This document shows positions 1 through 11,969 of a stretch of 64,000 bases of DNA, piece after piece (within the stretch, counting starts at the first letter, position 1; every line of letters starts with the position of its first letter). The notes below the pieces were generated by a model. That model did not search any database. It was not told the DNA's origin and was given only the letters and a program-made list of their open reading frames with translations. The stretch covers positions 2,728,001 through 2,792,000 of the forward strand of contig NC_086098.1 of NCBI RefSeq assembly GCF_963921235.1, written 5' to 3'. Made by a program: the position numbers and the translations under genes. This DNA is from Mobula hypostoma (Eukaryota).

Positions 1-88
1 CAGGGAGAAGGTAGGAAAATAAATGATGGAATGGAGGAGCAGACTCGATGGGCTGAATGGCCTAATTCTATTCCTATGTCTTATGGTC
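1..88 (+). mobile_element. CR1 (HER1-like) LINE 3' terminus
   Basis: GGAGCAGACTCGATGGGCTGAATGGCCTAATTCT...CTATGTCTTATGGTC tail; the same terminus recurs at about 15510-15572 and 35145-35197, and reverse-complemented at 59312-59390. Confidence 0.8.
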
Positions 89-620
89 CTGTGGTACTGT
101 TATTTTGTTTAGTTCCATTGATCAGCATAAAACTCCATTACCCTCACATCAATCTTCCTTACCAACACTGATTTTGTTACATATTTATTTAGAGATACAA
201 CACAGTAACTAACAGGTTTTTCCAGCCCAACAGGCCTGTAACACCCAATTACGCCCATGTGACCAATAACCTATTAACGCATACGTCTTTGGACTGTGGG
301 AGGAAGCCTGCATGGCCATGGGAAGATGGTAGAAATTCCTCAACCTGTCCAGCAAATACAGTTACACTTGCTGACAGACTTCACCTTCCTGAACATGCTG
401 TAAGATATTTCTCTTTCTTTGGTATTACTTTTGACCATCATGTTTAAACAGTGAAATTATTTGCTATGTTGTAGTCTCACATCAGAGCGGGAAGAACACT
501 CGAACTGTGAGGTTTAGTACCTTTTGATTAATGACACCACCAATTGATTACACTCTTTCTTTAGCTTTCTCTTGAGCTTAGTGGCTCCTTCCGCAGAAAT
601 AAGAGGAAAGAAAAAGCCAT

Positions 621-1850
621 AAACACAAGAGGTTCTGCAGATGCAGGAAATCCAGAGCATCGCACACAAAATGCTAAAGGAGATCAGCAGGTCAGGCGGC
701 TTCTATGGAGAGGAATAAACAGTCGACGTTAGGGCCGAGACTTTTCTTCAGGACTGGAAAGGAAGGGGCAAGACAACACAATAAAAGGGCGGTGGGAGGG
801 GAAGGAAGATAACTGGAAGGTGATTGATGAAGCCAGGTGGATTGGAGAGGAAAGAATCTGATAGATGGAGAAAGGGAATGAGGAGGGGCACCAAGTGGAA
901 GTGATAGGCTGGTGATGAGAAGAGACAAGAGGCCAGAGTGGGGAATAGAAAAAGAGGGAAGTGGGAGGGAAAATATGACCAGAAGGAGAAAACGATGATC
1001 ATCAGGTGGGAGGCTACCCAGACAGAAGATGAGGTGTTGCTCCTCAACCCTCTGTGTGGCAAAGCTGAGGCCATAGACTGACATGTTGAAATGAGAATGG
1101 GGATACGAATTAAAATGGCTGGCCACTGGGAAATTCCACTTTTGGTGAATGGAACGGAGGTGCTCAACAAAGTGGTCCCCCAAATTATGTTGGGTCTCAC
1201 CGATGTAGGTGGATGCTTTCCTGGTGTCATGGATTCTTGACTACCTGACTGGCAGACCACAGTAGGTGTGCTTGCAACACTGTGTGTCCGACAGAGTGAT
1301 CAGCAGCACTGGGGCTCCACAAGGGACTGTCTTGTCTCCCGTTCTCTTCACCATTTACACCTCGGACTTCAACTACTGCACAGAGTCTTGTCATCTTCAG
1401 AAGTTTTCGGATGACTCTGCCGTAGCTGGATGCATCAGCAAGGGAGATGAGGAAGGTGGGCACAGGAGTACATTCAGCCAGAGACTCATTCCACTGAGAT
1501 GCAGCACAGAGCGTCATAGGAAGTCATTCCTGCCTGTGGCCATCAAACTTTCCAACTTCTTCCTTGGAGGGTCAGACACCCTGAGCCAATAGGCTGGTCC
1601 TGGACTTATTTCATAATTTCCTGGCATAATTTACATATTACTATTTAACTATTTATGGTTCTATTACTATTTATTATTTATGGTGCAACTGTAACGAAAA
1701 CCAATTTCCCCCGGGATCAATAAAGTATGACTATGACTATGACTATGACTATGTAAAGGAGGCTGTATTGGAGCACCAGATACATCAACAATCCCCACAG
1801 GGGAAGTGTTACTTCACCTGGAAGGATGGCTTGGGGCCTTGAATGGAGAT
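621..1850 (-). mobile_element. Penelope-like element (GIY-YIG C-terminus plus pseudo-LTR), interrupted by a Rex1 insertion at 1208-1753
   Basis: ORF 692..1183 begins GDHFVEHLRSI..PVASHFNS..EEQHLIFCLGSL; removing the insert restores LYIGET across the junction; degenerate hammerhead at 721-755. Confidence 0.85.
1208..1753 (+). mobile_element. Rex1/Babar-type LINE, 5'-truncated and internally deleted
   Basis: ORF 1266..1592 has STGAPQGTVLSPVLFTIYTSDF..QKFSDD, then jumps to the C-terminal RKSFLPVAIKL; AATAAA and (CTATGA)n tail; ATGTA at 1203-1207 and 1751-1755 flanks it. Confidence 0.9.
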
Positions 1851-1879
1851 GAGGGGGGAGGGATTGAGAAAAGGGGTGA

Positions 1880-2590
1880 GGCAGAGACAAAGTCTTTTCC
1901 CTTTTTCCCAGTTTTTATCGTCTCTGCCACATTTGTTCCCAGAATGAGGCTTTCCTTTGTGGGGCATCAGAGACGTCCTTCTGCTTCCAGGAGCCGGGTT
2001 TCCCTTCCTACACCATTGATACTGCCCTCTCTTGCAACTCCTCCGTTCACCCGCAAATCTGATTCTCCAAGTGCGACCTCCTCTACATTGGTGAGACCCA
2101 ACGTAAAACGAGGGACCACTTTGTAGAGGACCTCTGCTCCATCTGCCAAAAGAGGAATTTCCTGGTGGCCAAATATTTTAATTCCAATCCCCATTCCCAT
2201 TCCCAACATGTCAGTCCATGGCCTCCTCTTGTTTCATGATGTGGCCACCCTCAGGATGGAGTAGCCTCCAACCTGGTGGCATGAGCATCAGTTTCTCCAT
2301 CTGTTAATTTCTTTCCCCTCCCACTTCACTTCCTTCTTCTTCTATTCCCCACTCTGGCTTGTTACCTCTTCTCCTTCCCTGCCTATCACTTCCCCCGGAG
2401 CCACTGCTCCTTCCCTTTCTGCCCTGGTCCACTTTCCACTCCAATCAGATTCCTTCTCCAGCCCTTTACCTTTCCCACCCACTTGGCTTCACCCATCACC
2501 TTTGAGCTTGTCCTCCCTCCCCTCACCCCACCTTTTTATTCTGGCATTTTGCCCCTTCCTTTCCAGTCCTGGGGAAGTGTCTCAGCTGAG
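1880..2590 (+). mobile_element. Penelope-like element fragment (RT C-terminus, GIY-YIG, pseudo-LTR)
   Basis: TGCGACCTCCTCTACATTGGTGAGACCCAA encodes CDLLYIGETQ; pyrimidine-rich LTR; oriented opposite to the 621-1850 copy. Confidence 0.8.
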
Positions 2591-3109
2591 CAAAGGCCAT
2601 TCTGTACATCTTGCTTGTACTTGTAAGTTTGCTACGGAAACTGAGATCGTCAGAACTGGACCCCGGTTACTGGCACCGTAACTGCTACGTTACTGTGCAC
2701 CTCAAACTAGTGTGCAATCACAACCCATGTTTTATTTTTTATTTTAGGTGTAGTCTTTTAAATCAAATGCAATAGTGATCACGATTTAGCAACATCATCA
2801 GAACTGGACAGTGGGACATCTGGGCCAGCTGTTCCTTCCCCTCCATTGTGTCTGTACATATGTTTTATTCCAGTATTAATTGAAGAGCTGTGAAATGTAT
2901 TTCAACAAATCTGCTTGGCATACCTCACTGGTCACAATTCATAAATCAATACCATGCAAAATCTGATACAATTTTTATACTCACATCCAGTGAGTGTTTG
3001 CACCTGTGTATCAAGCACGAATGTAATGTGTATTTGGACAACAACATTTAATGAACAGAATGCAGTATTGTATCTGGTTTTTTTCTTCTAAATGATTGGA
3101 TTACTCAGC

Positions 3110-3586
3110 CGTGGAGTTGAATTGAGACAAGGCAGGTGGATGCAACACAGAGTCAAGATGACTGGCCCCAGGCCCAGACCCAAGAGCAGGGAAAGACCCA
3201 AGGATTGATTGATTTAAGCTCTGCGGCAGATTGAAAAGTTCAGGGTGTCAGGACTGGAGGTAAAGGTCGGGCTGGTTCAGCTCACTGCTCTGTGAGGTTG
3301 ACAGTCTCTGCACTGAACTGAGACTGTGGTCTGCAACTAATGGGCTCCTCGATCAGCTGCGGTGATGCCTGGCTTTGTGGCTGTGTACTTACTTTCGTGA
3401 ACTTCGTTTCTGAATGTTATTTGCTTACTTTTAATCTTTGCACAATTTGTTTTTTTATCTGCACATTCTGACTGTCTTCTTTTTTTTAAATGGGTTCTTC
3501 TGGGTTTCATTGTTTCGTGGCTGCAAGTTAGGAGACAAATCTCAAGGTTGTATACAGTGTACATACTTTGAACTTTAAACTTTGAA
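3110..3586 (+). mobile_element. Non-coding retroelement with Rex1-type 3' tail
   Basis: GTGGCTGC..GGAGACAAATCTCAAGGTTGTATA..CATACTTTGAACTTT tail shared with about 37430-37755, 55777-56494 and (minus) 27710-28230. Confidence 0.6.
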
Positions 3587-4116
3587 AAGGTGCTGTTTGA
3601 AAGCTGAACTCCAGGTGGCACATAATCTTCAGGGGATGGTGGAGGGAGAGTAGGGAGGAGGGAATCTGAACCCTGTTGCTTTGCTTACACAGTTGGTAAC
3701 GTATCACCAGTGGTTAGCTGAGAACATGTGTATTTCACTGGCAGATTGGACTCTAGCCTGCGCTACTCACTCTATCAACGACAGAGTGCTGATCTGAATA
3801 CTGAATCACCATTGTGCTCTGTAATTGCAGCATTTTGTTTTGTCTTTGACTATTTAACATAAAAGCACAGCCAAGTAGCTCAGAATCCATTCTGATTCAT
3901 TCAATTAATTTCTGATAACATGACTGGTCATGCAAACCTGAAACCAGCCAATGAAATGTCAAGTTGCATGAACCACAGGAAGTTGCATGGATTAATTCTG
4001 GGCGGACAACCCAAGTGGTTTCAGATGCTGGTTGTCTAAAGGTCACAGCTTTTGAGTTTCTAAGCTCTCTTTTACTAGCTTGAGATGGTAATTGTCAAGA
4101 AGTCAGGAATCATCTT

Positions 4117-4280
4117 AAACACACGAGATTCTGCAGATGCTGGAAATCCAGAGCAACACACACAAAGTGCAGGAGGAACTCAGCAGGTCAGGCAGCATCC
4201 ATGGAGAGGAATAAAAAGTTGACATTTCGGGCTAAAACCCTTCATTGGACTGGAAAGGAAGCAGAAAGAAGACAGAATAA
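4117..4280 (-). mobile_element. Penelope pseudo-LTR fragment
   Basis: AAACACACGAGATTCTGCAGATGCTGGAAATCC...AGTTGACATTTCGGGCTAAAACCCTTCATTGGACT matches other LTR copies in the window. Confidence 0.8.
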
Positions 4281-4542
4281 CAACCAATCTGTTTGCTTGG
4301 AGAACATTCCCATTGTATGAATGTTCAGGATGTAACTAACTTGATTGTTTATGGGTCCCATGTTAGTTATCTCCACGATAAAGAGCTCATCTTGCCAGGA
4401 TGACTCATTGATGATTTTGATCGATGCTGCATGTATCTAAATATATCTTTGAAACCAAACAAAACCTTTCCCTCTTGCAGTGAACTGGATGTAAGGGAAT
4501 GTTTCAAGCAGGCTTATTCTTTTCTTCATTCAAAAGCAATCT

Positions 4543-5034
4543 GCACTCAGTGCCACATTATTGGGTACCTCCTGTACCTCAAAATACAGCAACCTTGATG
4601 AATTGTGCATTCAAAGCACACCACTGTTGTAACACATGGTTATTTGAGTTCCTGTCACCTTGAACTACACCCCTCATTTTCCTCTGACCTCTCTCGTTAA
4701 CAAGGTGTTTTTGCCCACAGAACTGCCGCTCACTGGATGTTTTTTGTCCTTCGCTCTGTAAACTCCAGAGATTGTTGTGTGGGAAAATCCTAGGAGATCA
4801 GCAGTTTCAGAGATACTCAAACCACTACATCTGGCACCAACAAAAATTCCATGGTCAAAGTCACTTCGATCACATTTCCTCCCCATGCTGATGTTTGGGC
4901 TGAACAACAGCTAAACATTTTGACCATATCTGCAAGCTTTGTTATTTTGAGTTGCTGTCACAGGACTGGCTGATCAGACGTTTGCATTAACAAGCAGGTA
5001 TACAGGTGTCCCTAAAAAGTGGCCACTGATAGTA
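4543..5034 (-). mobile_element. Tc1-like non-autonomous transposon
   Basis: ORF 4674..4907 MGRKCDRSDFDHGIFVGARCSGLSISETADLLGFSHTTISGVYR is a Tc1 paired-like HTH; degenerate CACTCAGTGGCCACTTTATTAGG TIRs at both ends. Confidence 0.85.
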
Positions 5035-5698
5035 CATTAAAAATAAAGTCACTGGTGTCATGGGGGAAATTATAGCCCAGAATTATTATCTAAAATGCGG
5101 TAACGAAATGCAGCTGCCAATGTTACTCTCTAATAGGACATGATTACACAGAGCTGAAATAAAATCTCCCCTTGATTCCCACTGCATTCTGCTTAATAAC
5201 TGATTTTGCCAAAATCCAAAAGCAACTGTCAGCAACTTCCCCAAACATCAACCCTGACCTGCTGCACACAGCTGGGTTCAAAACCCTTATCGAAAAGAAA
5301 AAATTTCTACACACTAACAGTGTGTGTATTTTTCTACATCTGTATGTTCTTGCCAACTTCCTCAGCAGTGAACCACGACACAACTCTGGCAAATCCATGT
5401 GCTAGCTATTCTCTCATGGCCAATCACCATTAACAGAGCACACACTGGCACCTCTCAGTACAGGAGTGGAAGCAAGTCCACTCAGTCACAAGACCAGCAC
5501 AAGTCAACTTTAATGGGCAGGTGACACAACAAAACCATAAGATACCATTTGCAATGTTTGGTCCCATTAACTGTCCCAGAAAAGGATATGCACATCGGTA
5601 GACTGAAATTCTGCACAGCAGTCAGTGAAACATTGTGCATTGCTCCAGAACTCAATACAGCTAATGGATTCATCTTCACTTATAACAACACATTAGAG

Positions 5699-6230
5699 CA
5701 TTGAGGTAATGCCACCGTACACACAACAGTCCCATCATTCCTCATTGAGGTAATGCACCGTACACACAACAGTCCCATCATTCCCCATTGAGGTAATGCC
5801 ACCGTACACACAACAGTCCCATCATTCCCCATTGAGGTAATGCCACTGTATACACAACAGTCCCATCATTCCCCAGTGATGTAAGTCCACCATACACACA
5901 ACAGTCCCATCATTCCCCATTGAGGTAATACAACCTGAAACACAACAGTCCCATCATTCCCCATTGAGGTAATACAACCTGAAACACAACAGTCCCATCA
6001 TTCCCCATTGAGGTAATACCACCGTACACACAACAGTCCCATCATTCCCCATTGAGGAAATACCACCAGAAACACAACAGTCCCATCATTCCCCATTGAG
6101 GTAATACCACCGTACACACAACAGTCCCATCATTCCTCATTGAGGAAATACCACCGTACACACAACAGTCCCATCATTCCTCACTGAGGAAATACCACCA
6201 GAAACACAACAGTCCCATCATTCCCCATTG
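5699..6230. repeat. 44-bp minisatellite, about 12 copies
   Basis: Unit TTGAGGTAATRCCACCGTACACACAACAGTCCCATCATTCCCCA repeated head to tail. Confidence 0.95.
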
Positions 6231-6479
6231 TCCTCCTTATTTCTCCATGACTCTGGAAGGGAATTCTTACTTTTTTTCTTTTTTTGCCAGTTATATTAAA
6301 GGTCAATCTTCAGTATTCAAAGAACAGATCTTATTGTAGGAAGAAACCAGCAAGCAAAGTGGAAACTCTTTCTGTTGCAGGTAGTACCCAAGGTCAAGAT
6401 CGATTTCCAGACCCTGGATTGCTGATGTAGCCATATCAACTGCTGTGCCTCTAAGTAGATAAAACCCTGACTGGATAGC

Positions 6480-6692
6480 ACTGATTGAGTCCAATCCCAA
6501 CCCCTTTGATTGGATCCATCACCAGCCCCTCTCTCTTATTGATTCCGGCTCCAGCCCTTCACTGATTGGATCGATCTCTAGCCCCTCTCTGACTGGTTCC
6601 AACACTGGTCACTCTCTTTTTGTTTCCAACTCCAGACCCTCTGTGACTGGTTCCAACTCCAGCCTTTCTCTGATTGGATCAAACTCCTGCCT
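6480..6692. repeat. Degenerate tandem repeat of about 27 bp
   Basis: Recurring CTGAYTGGWTCCAACTCCAGCCCYTCT-like units. Confidence 0.65.
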
Positions 6693-6774
6693 TGTCTGTG
6701 TATGGCCACAAGAGGTTTACAGTGGTACAATAATCATCAGCTTTTCATTTGGCTTATATAATAATATCTATGGC

Positions 6775-7290
6775 ACGTTACAGCTCAGTGCTCAACACAA
6801 TCATACCCTCAGTACTAATCAACAAGCTTCAAAACCAGGATCACAGTACCTTTCTCCACAACTGAATCCTTGACTTCTTCACCAGGAGACCACAGTCTGT
6901 GTAGATCAGAAGTAACATCTCCCCTCACCGACAATCAACACTGGTGCACTTCAGGGATGTGAAGTCCAGTGCTCTACTCTCTCTACACCCATCACTGTGT
7001 CACTAGACACAGCTCAAACACCATCTATAAATTCACCAATGACACAACTGTTGTTAGTAGAATTTCAGATGGTGATGAGGAAGAGAACAGGAGTGAGATA
7101 CATCAGTTGGTTGAGTGGTGTAACACCATTAACCTTGTGCTCAATGTCAGTAATACCTAGGAATTGACTGTGGACCTCTGTCAGGGGAAGTCGAGGGAAC
7201 TTGCACCAGTCCTCATCGACAAATCACAATGGGAAGGGCAAGCTGTTTCAAGTTCCTGGGTGTCAACATCTCTGAAGATTTCTCCTGCCC
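6775..7290 (+). mobile_element. Rex1/Babar RT fragment
   Basis: ORF 6969..7160 LYSLYTHHCV..SSNTIYKFTNDTTVV..LVEWC, homologous to 13619..14185. Confidence 0.85.
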
Positions 7291-7434
7291 TATTCTCCCT
7301 GCACTCATTCCAATTCTGATTCTGAGTTGAGTTAGCGATATGTAGTATGGTGACCTGACTGCAACCTGTGTTTATGTTTTACTGGGATGTGGGACAGTGC
7401 AGTATTGGAAGACTCTTCTAGCCAATTAGTCTAG

Positions 7435-7680
7435 TCTCAGTAGCATAGCAGTTTGTGCAATTGCTTTAAAGCACTATCAATCACAGACTGGGGTTTGATT
7501 CCTACTTCTGTTTCTAAGGAATTTGTACTTTCTCCCCAACACCACGTGGATTTCTTCTGGGTATTCCGCTTTCCTTCCACGTTCCAAAGGTGTTCCATTA
7601 GGGTGTGTGAGTAGTGTGCATGCTATGATGCCAGACGCGTGGTGAGAGCTGAGGGCTGTCCCCAGCACAATCCCCTTTAA
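7435..7680 (+). mobile_element. V-SINE (HE1-like)
   Basis: tRNA-like head followed by the core GGAATTTGTACTTTCTCCCC..GTGGATTTCTTCTGGGTATTCCGCTTTCCTTCCAC..TCCAAAG. Confidence 0.75.
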
Positions 7681-8929
7681 GTTCTGGAGGAACTCAGCAG
7701 GCCAGACAGCATCCATGGAAAAGAGTAAACAGTTGATGTTTCAGGCCGAGATCCTCCAGCATTTTGTGTGTTTTGTTTTGGAGTACCAGCATCTGCGGAA
7801 TTCTTTGTGTTTACAATCCTCGTTGATTTGATTTGGCACAAATGATGAATTTCACTCCATGCTTCCATGTTTTGATGTACGTGTGACATTTATCTTTTAA
7901 AATATTTTCAAGAATAAAGTGTATGCCCAGCCTCATAATTACACTGTTTAAATAATTTTCTCAGTAAGTTGGAGAAGGATTGCAGTCTGAGCGTACTGGG
8001 GGCACAGTGAGGCTGGGGGATATGATAAGGGGGAAAAATCTTATTTTGTTTTGTTTGGTAAAAGAGGTTTAGAATGTGTGGTGGGAGGAGAAAGTGCATC
8101 AACCTCTCCAAAGTGGGGTTCTGCAGAAAGTGGTTTTGGGAACCTCTTATTTAAAGACTTTAGGCAAAACAAAAGGCTGCTATTGCAAAGCTCACACAAG
8201 AGAAGCTGACGACCACTCTGTCAGATGGTTTTCACAAATTCCCAACATCTAATCTGGCAACAATACTCCTTTAAAAGCCTGATGTGGGTCTAAAACGGAT
8301 AGTTGAATGTCTCACTCTGGCAAGTACACAAGTGAAGAATACTCAGAAGGCTGTGTGTCATGGTGACAATTAATGGTGTGCACTGAACCACAGCTGATAA
8401 CTGACCAGTGCTTTTTGCAGCTGTTTCTATTGCTTTAGAATGGGTACTCTGTGAAAGAGAGTCTCCCCTCCTCCACCTCTCAATCCCTGGTTCCCACACG
8501 TTAACACTCCCTGTCACCTCCAGCGCTGTTACTGACCCATGTTCAGCATCAGTAAAGGATGACGAGTTTCCTGCTTTCGCCCCTGTCCTAAGGGGCTACA
8601 CATTATCCTATCAACCATCAGTAGCCATTTCTCCGGGATATTTGTCAACCTAAGAGGCCTTTTAAGACAAATGGAATAAGCGACAACTTAACCAATGTAA
8701 TTTTTTTCCAGAAGAATTGGATGGAGACTTTTGGTGGTGTAGCAGTAATACTTAACCACCTAAGGCAGAGTGCAGTGGTTTTTAAATTAAAAATGACAAG
8801 GTCACTTTTTGCAGTGTACTCACTGAGCTCTTTCATAAATAAAAAAAAATCTTCTCGCCTTCTTTGTTGCCATTTTTCTTACTTATGTGTGAATCAGTCT
8901 TTTAAAAAATTCTCCCAATAGGAAATCAC

Positions 8930-9380
8930 TGTTGTTTCAAGATTGTTTGTTATCATTTTCAGTACTCAAGTATAAAGGAGAATGAAATAATTGTTGTTCT
9001 GGATCCAAAGCAGCACAAAAAAAACACAATAAGATAAAGAACACAATAATTAAATTGTGTGCCTATAAAGTAATGCTAGGCACAGGAGTGTCTGTACTGA
9101 CAGGAAATGATAAAGTAGTGTTGGTTGGGGGAGTGGTGGGGTGAGTTAGAGGTGGAGGTGTTGATCAACCTCACTGCTTGGGGAAAGTAGCTGTTTTTGA
9201 GTCTGATGTGGATGCTACGTAGCCTCCTTCCTGATGGGAGTGGGACAAACAGTCCATGAGCAGGGTGGGTGATGAGCTCTTTATGATGTTACTGGTCCTT
9301 TTCCAGCACCATCCTGTATATATGTCTTTGATGGCAGGTAAGCTGGTGCATTGGGCAATTTTGATTACCCATTGCAGAAT
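8930..9380 (-). mobile_element. Rex1/Babar 3' portion
   Basis: Minus strand encodes a degenerate HP..LF..LPSGRRLR C-terminus followed by the 3' UTR. Confidence 0.65.
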
Positions 9381-9611
9381 CTTCCTCGCTGTTTATTCCG
9401 TACACTTTTTCCCTGAACAACTGTCTATTGGAACTCTGTCGTCAAATTGTACTGAATGATTTAGCACACAGCTCATCTATTCACAGCCTGCACAATTTGT
9501 GATGCAAATTTGCAGTCAACAGGGATGCGTGTACCGAACATTTATCCTAATAACATTACTAATTGTACATTTTGTATATCTTGACTCAGTTCTGGTAGAA
9601 TTTTCCATCAA

Positions 9612-9860
9612 GGTTTCAGCCATGACTCAGTAGTGATGCTTTACTGTGAGTCAGAAGCCTGAAGGTTCATATCCCACACCAGGGACTTCAGAAGATCAGA
9701 ATTCTGAAGTTTCATGACTCAGTTGGTCTGTCAGTCAGAAGCCGGAAGGGTCGTGTTCCACCACAGAGACTTCAACGTAAGCATCTTGGCTAATAATCTA
9801 GTGGAGTGCTGAGAGAAGACAACACTGACAGAGATGCCGATTTTCAAATGAGATATTAAC
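9612..9860 (+). mobile_element. Ancient DeuSINE (SacSINE1-like) remnant with duplicated tRNA head; probably resumes at about 10218-10271
   Basis: Two copies of ATGACTCAGT..GTCAGAAG..GGTTC..CCAC.CCAG.GACTTCA, then CTAGTGGAGTGCTGAG..CACTGACAGAGATGCCGATTTTCAAATGAGATATTAA resembling the Deu domain as I recall it. Confidence 0.6.
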
Positions 9861-9974
9861 ACAGTATTAACATGGATGTTGCCTGACCTACTGAGTTCCT
9901 CCAGCATTTTATATGTGTTGCTCTGAACATCCAGTGTCAGCAGGATCTCTTGTGTTTATTAACACAGTCATGTG

Positions 9975-10215
9975 GTGGCTAGCGTAACACTATTACAGTG
10001 TAACCCAGTGACCTGGGTTCAATTCCACTGCTGTTTGTATGTTCTCCCTGTGATCACATAAGTTTCCTCTGGGTGCTCCAGTTCCCCCCCTCCACCTTCC
10101 ACAGATGTACCAGTTAGCAGGTCAACTGGTCACATGGGTGAAATTGGGCAGCATGGGCGAACTAAGCCAGAATGTTCTGTTACTGTGCTGTATCTCAAAT
10201 AAAAATAAAAATAAA
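9975..10215 (+). mobile_element. V-SINE
   Basis: GGGTTCAATTCC B-box, GTTTGTATGTTCTCCCTGTG..GTTTCCTCTGGGTGCTCCAGTT core, (TAAAAA)n tail. Confidence 0.8.
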
Positions 10216-10349
10216 TACATTAAATTGAGGTCTATAAAAACCTGGTGGACATAAAAGGTCCGATGGTTCTACCTCTGGTCTACTGAGTGTCATTTGTCCG
10301 AGCTCCACCACCAGAACATGTTGGCTTGTCAAGAGTATTTTAAGCACTG

Positions 10350-11170
10350 ATGATGCACAAGGCTGTGACCTCAGCCTCCGACTCTACTCTCTGTACACTC
10401 ATGACTACGTGGCCAGATTTTGTTCTAACCTCATCTACGAGTTTGCATATGATACCAGTGTAGTGGGTAGTATCTCAAATAATGATAAATTGAAGTACAG
10501 GAAGGAGAAGAAGAGTTTAAGTGAGGAAGTGTCATGACAACAACCTTTCCTTCAATGTCAACAAAGGATTTGGTCATTGACTTACCAAAGGGGGATGGTA
10601 CAGAAGCTTCTGTCTACAACAACGATATTGAGGTTGAGGGGGTTGAGAGCTTCAAGTTTCTAGGAGTGAATATCACCAATAACCTGCCCTAGTCCAAACA
10701 CATTGAAGTCCCAGCCAAGAAGACTCATCGACTCTTACCATTTTTTTCTGATGCACTCAGAAAGCATTCTATCTGGATGCACAACAGCTGGGCACGGCAA
10801 CTGTTCTGTGAGTGACCGCAGGAAACTACAGCAAGATCAGGACACCGCTCAGCGCTTCACAGAAATGAGCTTTCCCTCCATGGATGATGCTTACACTTCA
10901 CACTGCCTCAGTAAAGCAGCAAGTATAATCAAAGATCTCACCCACCCCAGGTCGTCTCTCTGCTCCGCTCTCCCATCAGCAGAAGACACAAAAACCTCAA
11001 AGCATGCACCACCAGGCGCAAGGACCTCTCCTTTCCAGTTGTTATCAGATGCCTGAACGGAGCTCCTGTGCAATAAGATGGACTCTTGACCTCACTATGA
11101 TCTTGCATTTCATCATTTACTGGCACGGTACTTGTTCGGTAGCTTTGACAGTTTATTCTGCATTGTAACA
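10350..11170 (+). mobile_element. Degraded Rex1/Babar LINE 3' half
   Basis: ORF 10703..11056 ESILSGCTTAGHGNCS..DRRKLQ..SIIKDLTHP; upstream YEFAYD (degenerate YKFADD) and VESFKFLGV. Confidence 0.85.
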
Positions 11171-11242
11171 CGCACAGTGCTAAAGGGAATAGCAGGTCAG
11201 ATAGCATTCATGAAAGCAAACAAACAGGGATCCTGTCTGAGC

Positions 11243-11740
11243 TTTGAGACCTAGTGTTCGGGTCCCAGTAATCAGAAACTAGCATTTGAGCCCTAGTATT
11301 TGGGACCCCAGTAATCGGTGAGTCTGGCATTTAATGTTTAGTGTTCAGGGTCCTGGTAATAAGTGAATCTGGTGTTCAAGACCTAGTGTTTGGGGTCCTG
11401 GTAATCAGAGAGTCTGGCACTTGATGTCCAGTGTTCAGGGTCCTCGTAATAAGAGAATCTGGTGTTCAGGGCCCTGGTAATTAGAGAGTCTGGCATTTGA
11501 GGCCTAGTGTTTGGGGTCCTGTTAATCAGAGTCTGGCATTTGAGGTATAGTGTTCTGGGTCTCAGTAATCAGATAGTCCAAAGTTTGAGGCCTAGTGTTC
11601 AGGCTTCCAGTACCCAGAATGTCCAGAGTTTGAGCTCTAGTGCTTGGTAATCAGAGAATGTGGCATTCGAGACTTAGCGTTTGGGGTTCTGGTCATCAAA
11701 GAATCTGGTGTTCAAGGCCTAGTCTTCAGGCTCCTCGTCT
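11243..11740. repeat. Degenerate minisatellite of about 45 bp, about 11-12 copies
   Basis: Consensus TTTGAGGCCTAGTGTTYRGGGTCCTGGTAATCAGAGAGTCTGGCA. Confidence 0.85.
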
Positions 11741-11969
11741 ATCATCATTGGTGAGTCCTGGGTTCTATATCATCTTGTCTTTTACTTGACACTGAAGCTA
11801 ATTTTCTTTCAAAAATACAAAATTTCGTAGCATTTACAAGACTATAGAAAAATGTTCCTTTGATTTCTTTACTTCTTCACGTTATTACATTGTTCTGGTG
11901 ATTAGATCCTAAATGATGTCACCTGACTCAACCTACCTAATTGATTCAGTTGTAAGAAAGAACTGTGAG

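Noticed and set aside
5699..6230. CRISPR-like pattern of constant repeat plus variable spacer
   Set aside because: The variable parts are only about 14 bp, are related to one another and recur; no cas genes; eukaryotic context. It is a minisatellite.
7435..7520. tRNA genes at SINE heads (also about 9975, 31120, 44700, 60185)
   Set aside because: Degenerate A/B boxes continue straight into the V-SINE core; no complete cloverleaf
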